Assembly (NCBI RefSeq): GCF_009914755.1 | Contig: NC_060936.1 | Strand: one strand, 5' to 3' | DNA: 64,000 bases | Source of the DNA: the human T2T-CHM13v2.0 reference genome, Homo sapiens | In this document: piece by piece, positions 1 through 17,237 of the stretch | Numbering within the stretch: position 1 is the stretch's first letter | How the letters are laid out: each line of letters begins with the position of its first letter | Notes under the pieces: generated by a model | The model's input: only the letters and a program-made list of their open reading frames with translations | Databases searched by the model: none | What the model was told of the DNA's origin: nothing | Translations under genes and position numbers: made by a program

Positions 1-444
1 TCCCAGTGTTTCCCAGCAACAACTAAACAGCTTTGTCAGTGCCTGAGAATGTCCGAGACCCAGCTTTGCTTCAAGCCTGCAAAGGAAAGCATGCAGCTGG
101 CCAAGTGATGGAGTAGACAAGGCACACTGTGTTTCCCGGTCAGGACACAGAAAGACAGCAGGGGACACTGGGGTCCCTACAGAAGGGATAACTGAGAAGG
201 AAGAATAGAGCTCACCTGAGTTGTGTTTGCATAATACATGTGTGATCTATCCTCTCCTTATTCCATTAGCCCTGTGGGACTCTGGAGCTAAGAAGACTTT
301 TCCTAATTGGAAACTAAGGAAATTGATCCTCAGAGAAGTTGACTGCTTTTTTCACGTTCATAGAACCATTACAAAAATTTTGGTAACTTGCTTCTTTGAG
401 CAAGCATCTACTGAGCTGTATGGAGTCCCACAAGCAATGTTACG

Positions 445-471
445 TCATCATCATCATCATCATCATCATCA
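445..471 (+). repeat. (CAT)n microsatellite
   Basis: About 9 perfect TCA units. Confidence 0.95.
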
Positions 472-484
472 CCGTTATCATTAA

Positions 485-720
485 AACTGGCACTTATTTA
501 GTGCTTGCTGTGTGCTCAGCCATGTGTATTCATCTTATTCAATCCTCACACTATTCCCACAAGGAAGGCATTATCATCCCCAATTTAGACATACTAAAAC
601 TGAGGTGCAGAGATGTCTGTAACTTGCACTGTATTACAGAACTAGTAAATGGTGATGGTAAGATTCAAACCCAAGCATATCTGAGTTCAACTGTCCATGC
701 TTCTGGCCACTATGCTATCC
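485..720. mobile_element. MIR SINE (degraded)
   Basis: Core-like motifs AAACTGAGGTGCAGAGA...TAACTTGC and GATTCAAACCCAAG. Confidence 0.65.
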
Positions 721-1295
721 TGTTGTACAACTTCACAAGTATGAGCTATGTGTCAACAAGGGAACTTCTTAGATTATGCAGAGCTTTGGGTGGTGGCACA
801 AAAAGAGAAGGGAAATGGAATATCCAACTCTCTATTACCACTCTTAGTTCTTGAACTCCCCAGGCCAAAGTCTGTATTCTGGCTCCAGTAACTGCTGACC
901 CTATATTACTCATGCCCCTCCTTACTGGCTGTTCCACGTGAAGAATTACTTTTTCATGCAATACTTTCCCTTCTTCTCAATGCCACACCTCTTCCTCCCA
1001 ACCTGCTTGCTCACTGCCCTTTTCAAGAAAGCCTTCTCAAATGAACAAAACCTGTCACCCGGTCTCTCCATTTCTCCATGACATCCCCACCATCTGGGAA
1101 AGTGCTTGCTCTCTCTGTGATTCCAGTCTGGTGAAATGTTGCCTGGTTGGCCTCTGCATTTTTCTCATGTTTGTGTGCATGACTTTCCCATATGCCATGT
1201 GGCTCTAGTGTCTTCTTTTACCTCACAAAACACCCATCCAGGTTAGACAGTGCCGTAAACAAGGGCGATCGAGACATGGAGAATTTCAAATGCAG

Positions 1296-1301
1296 TTTAT
1301 T
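1296..1301 (-). terminator. KRT1: KRT1 polyadenylation signal AATAAA
   Basis: tttatt on + strand ~440 nt past the stop codon. Confidence 0.85.
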
Positions 1302-1737
1302 GCAGCAAAACAAGGAAATGGGGAGTTTAAGACCTCTCCACAAAAGAAAAACAACTTGCTTACACCTTATGTACAAAACCAAAACAGCACAGAAATAAGA
1401 TGCTAAGGAGCTGTCCACACCCTGGGTCTAACTGGTCCTACTCTGGCTGGCTTAAGGAGGTGCTTTGAAATGTCATGTGGGTGGTGGTCACTGCTGAACT
1501 GTTTCTCAGGGAAAGAACAAAGCAGGGTCATAGCCAGGGGACTGAGATTGCCACTGATCTGAAAACTTCATTGGGAAACAGCAGAAAAGAAAGAGCTGGG
1601 GGAATAGGATGAGCTAGTGTAACTAACCATAGCTCTTTTCTCCGGTAAGGCTGGGACAAATCGACCTCGGTCTTGCCAAGCATATTTGTTAGTGATGCTG
1701 GGGGAGAACTAGAGCTAATGAAACAGAGGGCATCTCT

Positions 1738-6879
<5,142 letters not shown>

Positions 6880-6955
6880 TTAGAGAAAAGTAGGAGCAAG
6901 GTAGAGTAAGGGAAGGAGCTAAACACTCCTCTACCCCAAGCATAGAGACTTCCCC

Positions 6956-7039
6956 TTATATACAGGGAAGAAATTGGGCTTGGTCTTCTAGAGTCAGCGG
7001 AGATGCAGTGCCTGTCAAGGGTTTGGCTTGCCTGCAGCC
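6956..7039 (-). promoter_or_regulatory. KRT1: KRT1 core promoter: TATATAA, CCAAT, AARCCAAA and AP-2-like element
   Basis: TATATAA 6956-6962 (~85 bp upstream of ATG), CCAAT 6973-6977, GGCTGCAGGCAAGCCAAAC 7021-7039 on the minus strand. Confidence 0.8.
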
Positions 7040-7894
7040 ATACAAGATTTTTACGAGCCTCAACAATACGATAAACACTACACACCTAGCTCCCAGGATG
7101 GGCTCTCAAAATTGCTGTGCATGCAAGATTGGTTCATGTGGTAATTATTTTATCACACAAGATCTTCCTTCAAGCATTTGTGGCTTTGGGAAAACAGGAC
7201 CCCACATCTGATACCTGGTGTTTCTTGGTAGGATTTCATAACCCCCATCAAAAAGGCATGAAAGTTTCTATTCTCACCTTGCCCTTGTGAGCTACCAAGC
7301 ACACTCTCTTACCATGCACAGCAGGTGCAATTCTCCGTGCTTGGATCTCAGAAGGAGCTCTCTGGCCCATTTCTAAGATCTTCTTTCCAAACTCCAGAGC
7401 TCACTCAGTTACAACCTGACAAAGAGAAAGGGCTTTAATAACTAAAAAATTAAAAGGTCTTTCATAAATATAAGCTTTATAAATATACCACAGTGATTAA
7501 TTAAAGGAAGAGAAGCTGTCATTGAACAAGATGGATGAGTGGGTGGTCTGGAAGAACCAGAAGGGAGAGACATTTTTTTTCTCTGTTTCTCAGTTATTCC
7601 TTTTCTTGTTTCTTTTCTTCAAAGATAGAGCAGGAGACAGACACCAGCAACAGAAAACAGGTAGCAATGGATAGCATGCAAACGCCCTTGAGTGAAAAAG
7701 CCCACAGAGCAGTGAGACGAGTAAATAGAAGCTCTAGGACATTTTGTAAAGCACAGGGGTGGAGGTGAGGCTTGATAGGTGATTCAAGCCTCACACTGGA
7801 CTGCAAAGAGAGAGAGATAAATGCAGATTTGGAAGGGAAGACAATGAGAGGTGTCTGGAGAGCCTTATATGAGAAGTTTAAATTGTTTCTGGAG

Positions 7895-8140
7895 GTGATA
7901 ATAATGATAATACCTAACATGTATCAAAAACTGACCATGTACCAGGCACTGTTCTACGTAGCACATATGTATTAACTTGCTTAATTTTCACAACTTTGAG
8001 ATAGATGCTATTTTTCTCCCCATTTGTAAAATGAGGAAGCAGAGACACAGGGGTTGAATAACGTGATCAAGTCTACACAGTTGGTAAGTGGGGTGCCTGC
8101 GATTTGAAGCAAGAATACCTAGCTATCATGTGCAAGATCC
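7895..8140. mobile_element. MIR SINE (degraded)
   Basis: CCAGGCACTGTTCTA...CCCATTTGTAAAATGAGGAAGCAGAGACACAG core. Confidence 0.65.
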
Positions 8141-11100
8141 TAAACAGCATGTTGTACGACAGCACAGCAGCCGAATTCAAGTCATTCTGCCTGCTGTGTG
8201 TAAAGCCAGACAGCACAGGAAGCGCCCCACCACAGAGAGCTCTGAGGGCAGAAGGCCTGTTTTATCACTCTGAGTCCTTGGCTCCTGGCACATGCAAGTC
8301 TTGGAAAATGTTTCTTCAATTCACACTGAGAAGGAGATTTTGGTGGCACAGAGTTTAGTGAGGAGATTTTACTTCCATCCAAGTGCAAGAGTACCCAGCA
8401 CGCATTGCAATGGACCAGGAAACCTCAGGGGTCTTCCTGGAGAGCAGCACTTGATCAATATCAGTGGATAATAGTGGCACTGAGATCTGGACACACTAGA
8501 AGCCCAAGCAGACTTTCATTCGAAGACTTCTTAGAAGCCTGGCATGGTCCCCGGGCCTGCACATAAACACAGAATTGAAGACTCAAAGGGGAGAAGCCAG
8601 CTCTAACTTCAGCTGGCTCCAAGTAACTCTGTAAGTGGCAAACCATAGATGTACATGGGAAGTCTCCACTATGGTGTGCAAGATCTATGGGAGAAAGGGA
8701 GTCTGTGAAGATCATCTGGTCCCATTACTCTGTGGCTCTGAATCGGGCTGGCTGTGTCGGTCCTCTCCATTGCACTCCGCTATTGAACCTTGTCCCTCTT
8801 CTCCTCCCAGTTTTTGCCCTATACCCTCCTCCAGAAAGTGCCCCTCACCGCTCCCCTGCTACTCCTCTCCCTCGCCATCACTGTGGCACTGCTGTCTGGG
8901 ACTCTGTCCTAGCACTAAAATCCTTCGGCTGCTAAACCAACCATCTCTTTAGGGAATGAGTAATTCAGGTCTTGTTAGGAACAATGGAGACTGGGACAGT
9001 CTTGGCATGGTAATGACTGTTGCCTAATCATTTTCTGACAAGCAATCAAAATTATTTTAGTTCAGCATACTCCCTCATGAGACATATTGTTCTGCACAAT
9101 CGATTCCTTCTAGCATTTTGGAGGGGTGTGAGTATGTGTGTGCACACATGTTTGTGTGCACACATGTTTGTGTGCATGTGTGTGCCAGCCAAAAACAGAC
9201 CTTGGCAGTGATCCACACTCCCATCTTTGAACTAAGAAACTGACATACAGAAAAATCAAAGGTTTGAATGAATGGTCAGGGAATTGGTAGACAACTTAGC
9301 TGCAAAACATACCCCAGGTGCTCCTGTGAGAAGGGAGAAATGCAGGACTAGCAGGAATAAGTGCCATAAACCTCACCATAGCTTACATTTGCACAGCTCA
9401 CCCCACCAAACACATATGCAAAGAGCATCCCACAAGAGCCCTGAGAACTAGGCAATCAAGCTGTTCTCAACCCATTTCATGAAACAGAAAACTGATTCTC
9501 AGAGATTAAGTGGCTTCCTCTAGACACTCCGGCTAGGAAAAGACACATCTGGAAGCAGAATCTGGGTTTTCTGATTTCAAGTCAAGTGACATTCCTCCCT
9601 GAACCGGGAAGAGGCTCAAAGACAGGCAAGTGGAACTGGGCCCTATAAACAAGTACACAGAGAATTACAGAATGTTCTCATCCATGGGGCCTCAAAGGTC
9701 ACATCATCTAACCTGCCTCACAGAGAAGTGAGAGCACAGGCCCAAAAAAGTAAAAAAAAAAAAAAAAAAAAAGTGTCCAAGTCATAAGTCAATTCCTGAG
9801 ACTCTTCCAATTGTTGAATCAAACTCCTTTTCTTTTTCCACTGCCCACTTTCGAGGCAGCCCAACAGAGCTGGAGCTGCAGTGCTGCCAGACCAGGCCCG
9901 TCATCTCCTGTGATGTCCCCAGGATCAGTGTGGGTGTGTGGGATATGAAGAACCACATGCAGGAAAGGTGTGAGCCACACACTCTCTCCTGGCTTACTTA
10001 TGTACTGTGCATTTATGAAATAAAGACAAAATGAGAAAGAAAGAGACACTAACATCTACAGGCAGCAACTATGCTGTTAGGAGCCACATTGCATTTAAAT
10101 ACCACACAAAGTCTGCGTCGTGGGAGCTCTTAGCCCCATTTTAAAGAAAAGGCATCTTAGGTTTATAGAGGTTGAAATATGTGCCCAAAGTCATCCAGCA
10201 GGTAACTGACAAGCCACGCTTGCCTCACTCCAGAGTCCAAGCCCGCCGCATCACATGGGCTCCTTCTGTCATTGGCCTGCTCTCACCACCAGCACCACCT
10301 ACATCTTACCCTGCTCACCCACTCCCCCGGCCTCACGCCTTGACCCCTTCACTCTCGTGCTTTGCCCAGACTGATCAACCCTCTTCTTCCCTTTCCATCC
10401 CTGTTCCTCTCTGTCTTCCAAGCCCACTTCTACTCTTCTCTTTTCTGAAAGGTCTTCTGGTTGCCTCGGCAACTTGCCACAAATCCCTACCCATAGTCAA
10501 GCTCTGGGGCACCAAAGATCTCAATTCCTGAGCATTTGGTCCTGAATCTGTTTTTGGTCCATCAGGGCTTGTGGGCAAATGCCTTCATCTCTCGCTCAAG
10601 CAGGCAGCAGACAGGTCCAGATCTCATCTCCTCCAGGGAGTTTTCCTCAGTCCACATCGGGCAAGTGCTCTATTGGTCTCTTTTTCCAAGCTCGGCTGCT
10701 GCCAGACTTAGTACATATTGATGCATTTGTTGGCTCATTTTCATGCATGTGCTTGTGTGTTTCCTGGCCCCTCAATCACTCTGGAAGCCTTTGGAAAGCA
10801 AGACTAAGTCCCCTGTGTCTTTTGATGCCCTCCCAGCATCCCACATGGCCCCTTATACTTGAGAGTTACCCCAGCGGTGCTGGATGACAGAGCACCAAAA
10901 CACCCCCACCCAAGGACTCACACACACAACCCAGAACTGATCATTGAGATGAGGCTGCCAGGGGCTGGCTGTGGGGCATGGGCAGGAGCAGGTGTGGTGA
11001 TGTTTTGAGAGCTTTTGTGGGATGGGACCAAGAAAAGAGTGAAGAAAGACATGCAGTGACAAGCCACCCAGCCCTGAGGGACTCCACCAGGGACATGGGA

Positions 11101-11560
11101 CAGGGAAATCCCAGGGGAGTGAGGAAAATTGAGGCCTGGGTGGAGTGAAGAGAAATCACAGACAATGGGGAGGCGGGGCGAGATGTTGAAAGCAGCCAGG
11201 CAGCAGAGGAGGGGCCAAGGCTTCTTATGCAGGAGGGAGAGCTGCAGACAGAGGGGCAGCCCTATTTAGGATGGACAGCAAAGAAGGAGGTCCTCAGGAG
11301 TCACTCACTAGCAAGGCTGGAGCAGAGCAGAGGCCAGGAAGGAGGAAACCAAAGATGAACATGGAGGAGAGAGGCGGTGGGGCCCATCTTGCTCTGTGCC
11401 ATGGAGGCTGCCAGGCCTGGGCTCCGCTCCTGATTCTGCACTGCTCTAGGCAGGTCACTGACCCTCTCTGAGCCTAAGTTTCCTTCCTCTGTAAAAAGGA
11501 GGCTCTATGTACCTTCCAGGGAAACTGAAGCATAGTAGAGTATAGATAAAGAAAAAAGGA

Positions 11561-12034
<474 letters not shown>

Positions 12035-13929
12035 TTAAGAAGTCCACGGACTTGCCCTGGGAAAGCTAGGGGGCATCACATGGAAGAAGGGATCACAGGT
12101 GCATCACCGGACTCACCTGAGGCTGGAGGGAGCTGGGGCCAGATGCGAGGAGCCTTTGCCCTCACTGCAGAGTGCCTGCTCTGCAGGGGGAGCACAAACA
12201 CTGAGGGCTGAGCACACAGGGGCAGGTGTGGAGGTCAGAATGCACACTTAGAGCCCCCTGGAAGCCCTTCCAGGCTTGGGATTGGGCCACTCGGAGCCCG
12301 TCCTCCATGCTAGAAAACCTCCCAATACCCCAAATTCCCAGCCAGCCCTTCAACAGAGCATTGATCAGCCTGAAGACATCCCATTTCCCAGACTGATCGG
12401 AAAGCTGATAAAACCAGGGCAACCTTGAAGAGGGACCTTCAAGCTCAGTGTAATGCCCAGTAATTTGCTGGACTTTTTTCCCTGGGACCAAATTAACCAG
12501 CAAATGGCTCATTAATTTGAAGATGCATTCTGGGCCAAAAGGCTGGGTAATTGAAAAGAGATGACATTCTCAAGAGACTCTTCCTCAGACCAGGAACTTT
12601 CCCAGCCCAGAAACGCACACCTTGTCTAAGGTCAGATGCAGTTAGAATTTTACTGAGTCAATGATTGCTCCTCCAGTTAACCATGTCCTCAGATCAAAAT
12701 CTCTGTGGATGAGAAGCTGGTGGAACTAAATTTATATTTCCAGAGTGCCCCACCCTGCCACCCTGCCTCTCAGAGCAAAGAGCAGCTGGCAGACTTTCCC
12801 TGGGACTCTCACCAACCCGGGTGTTTGCTCCCTCCTGCCAGCCTCTTGGTTTATTGATGAATGAGCCTGCTTGGCTCTCCCTCTGAGTATCTGCCTTGTG
12901 GGAATAGCATTGATTAGGGGCAGGGATGGAGCACTCCATGGTCCCTAGAAGTACTGCAGACCCCCACACCTGGTCTCCGCACTCCCAGGTGAGTGGGACT
13001 CAGGTGAGATAATGCATGTGTGGGCATTTCCTACATGGTTTATAGAATTGCTTGTTGTTTTCACTGGGGTGAGCTGAAAGTGAGAGACATTTTCTCCTGA
13101 TGGGATTTCTCATTGTCTCTGATGGAAATATTGTCTATTTCAGGAAATCTCTTCAGTGTCTTAGTGCTAGTCCTCCTTGTTTAGGTCCCTAAAGTTACTC
13201 TCTCTTTCCCTGAACATCGAATTAAGACTTCTCATTTAGACGTTGAGATGCCTTCTTTGACCAACTCCTCTCCTTTCTGTCCTTTATTTCTCCTGCCCCC
13301 GCCTTGTGGAATCTCTATTCCAATATTCTTCAGATTCAGGCACATGATTCCCTCCATCTGTCCCCCAGGCCTCCATGACAGGACAAAATCAAGAATTCGG
13401 AAGAGATAAGTCAGGGCCACACTTTCTGGGACAATCTCAACTTGTTCCCAAGAGAGGATGGGAAAGGAGAGCTGTGGTTGGCCTTATCCTTGCGTGTTTT
13501 CTCAGAGCCAACGTGGATCCCATTAGAGTATCACACATGCATGATCCCAGGGATAATCAAACTCACACCCTGTAATAGACCCTGTGCTGCCAGAAAACTT
13601 AGCCTCATTTAACAGTTCTGGCTAGGGCCTTTGGCTTCTTTGTGACTTTAGCTTTCACTGGCACCTGACCTTATTCTTCCCATATAACACAGAGAGTAGA
13701 ATTTTTTTTCTCAGGTTTCGCCATGTGAACTCTTAGTACAGCAAAGATGTGAGATGCCTCCATACACATATCCCCACCCATCTCCACTCCCGCCCTCAAC
13801 GTCCTGCCAAACGGTTAGCCAATCTCTGCTTGAAACTTGATCACTCCCCAGGTAGCCTCTCCCATGTCAGGATCATAGAAAGGTGCTTCTTATATTGAGC
13901 CGAATATGTTGTAGCTTCCTGAAGCGATA

Positions 13930-14922
13930 TTGATGGAATTTGGATATGGGATTCATTGGAATAGGACAGCAACCCATATGAATAAAACATTGTGTTCCCA
14001 GGCATGCCCCTCCAGAAGTCTTTGGGGAGGATGTGGCAGCTAACTGCAAACATCATATCAACCCATAGTGATAAGACACTCTGTTTCCATGCACACCCCT
14101 CTATTCTCTCTGAGAAGTTTCTCCCCATCTCATCTATCCTGGCAGCAGGCCTGTCAGAGGACAGGCAGAAAAGGGAAAGGCAGGCAGAGAGCCTGCCCAC
14201 ATGTGGAGGAGAAGCCCACCTTTCAGGGGACATGTGACAGCTAACTGCAAAGACACTGCCTATCTGGGTCATCAGCTTGAGTCAGCCACCCTTCCTGTGG
14301 TCCCACGGAAGCCTTTCAAATCTTTGCAGTTAGCTGCCACATCTCCCCCAGAGACTGCTCTCCTGGCCTTTCACCGGCATTCCTGTGATCGGGCTTCTGA
14401 TTCCCCACCACCACTGTCCTGGTCACCTTCCTCTGAGTAGGCTCCTATTTATTACAGTTCTTGGAGCTCAGAGTCCCCACAGTGATCTGACTCCAGAAGA
14501 GCCTAAACAAGCTCTAGACGTGACTCTCTTCCTGATTCCCAAGGCTGCCTCCAGCAGCTGCCACACCTTCTGACTCACGTCTCCTCACCTGCCAGCTGGA
14601 CACTCAAAGTCATGTTTACGCCCACTGCTCTCCATCCATGTCTTCCCTTCCTAGTCCGTGTGCTCCTGGCTCTTGGCTGCTCTTGGCTCTTGGCTGCAAG
14701 TGTGGGGCACTGCATCTGTCTGCTCCCTCTCTGCTTCCCTTCAGACAGCCTCTCTGCCCATTTCTCCCTTTCCTACCCATCTCCTGACAGGCCTGCTGCC
14801 AGGACAGGTGAGATGGGGAGAAACTTCTCAGACAGAATGGAGGGGTGTGCCTGGGAACACAGTGTCTTATCAATATGGGTTCCTGTCATATTCGAATGAA
14901 TCCCATATCCAAATTTCATCAA
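13930..14922. repeat. Nested inverted repeat (arms 13930-14195 and 14746-14922)
   Basis: Reverse complement of 14746-14922 aligns to the left arm; a ~30-bp motif also occurs three times (14016-14050, 14226-14253, inverted at 14321-14356). Confidence 0.9.
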
Positions 14923-15744
14923 AGTCCCTCCAGGGAATTAGAAAGTAGATCACATCTTTTATGTGATTCTTTTACATGGACTCAGAACTAACACATAGGA
15001 TGAGGTGATGGCTTAACTTGCTCCATTATGGAATTTCTGCATCTCTGCTTCCCTCAAGGCATCAATTGAAGATGTCTCTGCCCATGACCCCACTCAGTTT
15101 GTGGGCCTCAGCCCCTTCCTTCCCTAGCTCAGTTTCTCCTGTCCAGCTGCTCCTTCTCACCCCCACACTCTCTCTTATTTTGAGTCTCTGAGCAGACTAT
15201 CCCCCTGTTTGGAGGGCCCTTCCCTCATCTCCCCACCCACACCTCTCTTCCTTGGCCCTGTTCCATATCCCAGTCCTCCAGGAGTCTGTTGGAACCAAAC
15301 GTCCCTTCCCCAGCACTGGCACCTGTCGTAAGTCCCACTGTTCCTGTTTTGGGGGGTCTGCCTGTGTCCTCAGGATAGGCCTTGCTTCCACTCTCAGGCT
15401 AGGAGGTCCTTAGAAGCACACTCAGATTTCTCTTCTCTCTGAATCGTCCCTCCCCCATAATATGTCATTTAGTTGTGAGCAACTTAAGAGTCAGAAACAT
15501 GTTCATTCAACATTGCATTCCCAGTGCCTAAGCCACTGCCTGCCACACAGTAGGAGCTTAATAAGTGCTCATTGAACAAATGTATAATTGACTTTTGGAT
15601 GATCAGCCACTTTAAGGATTAATAAGATTATGTCTGTAAGATTCTTCAAGACTGTGTATTACTTGTACAATAAAAAATAAGAAGAAATTTTAACTTCCCA
15701 AATATAAATAATTTCAGAGGTCTGCAGAAATTTTTAAAGAAATA

Positions 15745-15865
15745 GCCCAGGTACCACGCCTCACACCTGTAATCCCAGCAATGTGGGAAGCCAAGGTGGG
15801 AGGATCACCTGAGCCCAGGAGTTCAAGACCAGCCTTGGAAACATGGTGAGACCCCATCTTTATTT
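15745..15865 (+). mobile_element. Alu left monomer (FLAM-like)
   Basis: CTCACACCTGTAATCCCAGCA...GAGCCCAGGAGTTCAAGACCAGCC...ACCCCATCT with no right arm. Confidence 0.85.
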
Positions 15866-16122
15866 AGAAGAAAGAAGAAAAAGAGGAGAAGATGAAGATG
15901 AAGATGGAAGAATGAGAAGGAGAAGGAGAAGAAGAAGAAGGAGGAGGAGAGGAGGAGGAGGAAGAGGAGGAGGAGGGAAGAAGAAGAAGAGGAGGAGGAG
16001 GGAGGAGGAGGAGGGAGTAGGGGGAGGAGGAGGGAGGAGGAGGAGGAAGAGGAGGAAGGAGAAGAAGAGGAGGGAGAAGAGGAGGAAGGCAAAGGAGAAG
16101 AAGGAGAAGAAGAAGAAGAAAT
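15866..16122 (+). repeat. Polypurine (GAG/GAA)n low-complexity tract
   Basis: About 250 bp almost purely A/G, continuing from the FLAM tail. Confidence 0.95.
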
Positions 16123-16165
16123 AATGCATCTCCTGACCAAACAGCAATTTGAGATCACAGAAAAA

Positions 16166-16171
16166 TTTATT
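16166..16171 (-). terminator. KRT77: KRT77 distal polyadenylation signal AATAAA
   Basis: tttatt on +, followed on the transcript strand by a long pyrimidine tract. Confidence 0.65.
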
Positions 16172-17237
16172 ATAGAAATACCAGAAATGCTGCCCCTTGA
16201 CAGTACAACTTTGAACCAGGAAATGATGAAGTCACAAGAACAGCCTAAGAGACCCACACTGAGCCCATCCAATGCCCCAAGAGAATCATGGACTTGGAAG
16301 TTGTGTTAGGACTCAGCTAGCAAGTGAAGGTGACTCCAGATCATAGAAGCAAAGCTACATTCCCTCTCTCAAGGCCTGATACTTTCCTCTTCCTGCCCTC
16401 TCCAGCACATCTCAAGCCTCTTACATAAGATTCAAAATTAAGAGTCATATTCTCACAAAGGGCTCACAGCTACAGAGAACAGAAGGCAGGAGGGACTAGA
16501 GAGGTCTGGGAAAGGGCATTAAAATGCCTTGCAAAAAAATGGGCAGCTTCCTGACTGACTTGGGGTTGGAACCCTTCCAAGACCCAAGTCAGATCCTCAG
16601 ACTCCTCAGGCCCGAGGCACCTGGATGGAACAGAGCTGGGCTTCACATGCCCACCCAATGGGGCAATTCTCAGAGTGGTTATGATGCAGAGCTTAGGAAG
16701 GGTCAGGCTTCAAAAGAATGGAGCTGTCAGGAGGAAACAGGACAGAAGCAGAACTTGCTTGTCTGTTCATCAACTCCTGCATCCACTGCTAAAACAGGCT
16801 TCCTTTGGGTAAGGATTCATGACCCTATGCCCTCTGAAATACTTCCACCTTGAGTTGTTTACACAGGGGAGAATGCTTCCTGAAACAGAGGTTCAGAATC
16901 AGGACAGTGATGCCTTACAGATATCTGGTGTGGGCAGCAAATCTATACTATCCATCAACATGAGTGTATGAGGCTATGGACCAAGAGGCAGGAATAGGCC
17001 GCTGGTGCAGAGGTTTTCCTTACCAAGCTAGCTTGCCCTGCAATCAGCAACTTCCCCCAAAGGGATCATTATGTGGTCCCCAGCAGGGCAGGGGGGCGTG
17101 GATTCTTGTTCACAGAGCAGCCCAGGTACAGCAAAGGGAGCTTGGGGTTGAGATACCAACTCTCCATTATGCGCCTTGTCGATGCTCTCTACAGGCTGTT
17201 TCTGTTTCCCTCCATTGCTAAACTAGATGCCTGGTAT

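Noticed and set aside
221-854. ORFs with poly-His and poly-Ile runs
   Set aside because: Translations of a (CAT)n microsatellite and a MIR; no coding signature
1-1270. Known calcium-responsive 3' enhancer of KRT1
   Set aside because: No clear AP-1/hormone-response composite seen here; it probably lies beyond the left edge of the window
9744-9775. Isolated poly(A) run as an orphan retro-insertion
   Set aside because: No convincing TSD beyond AAAAGT; simple slippage is sufficient
15823-16272. Poly-Ser/Leu/Arg/Glu ORFs
   Set aside because: Produced by the (GAG/GAA)n tract and the FLAM
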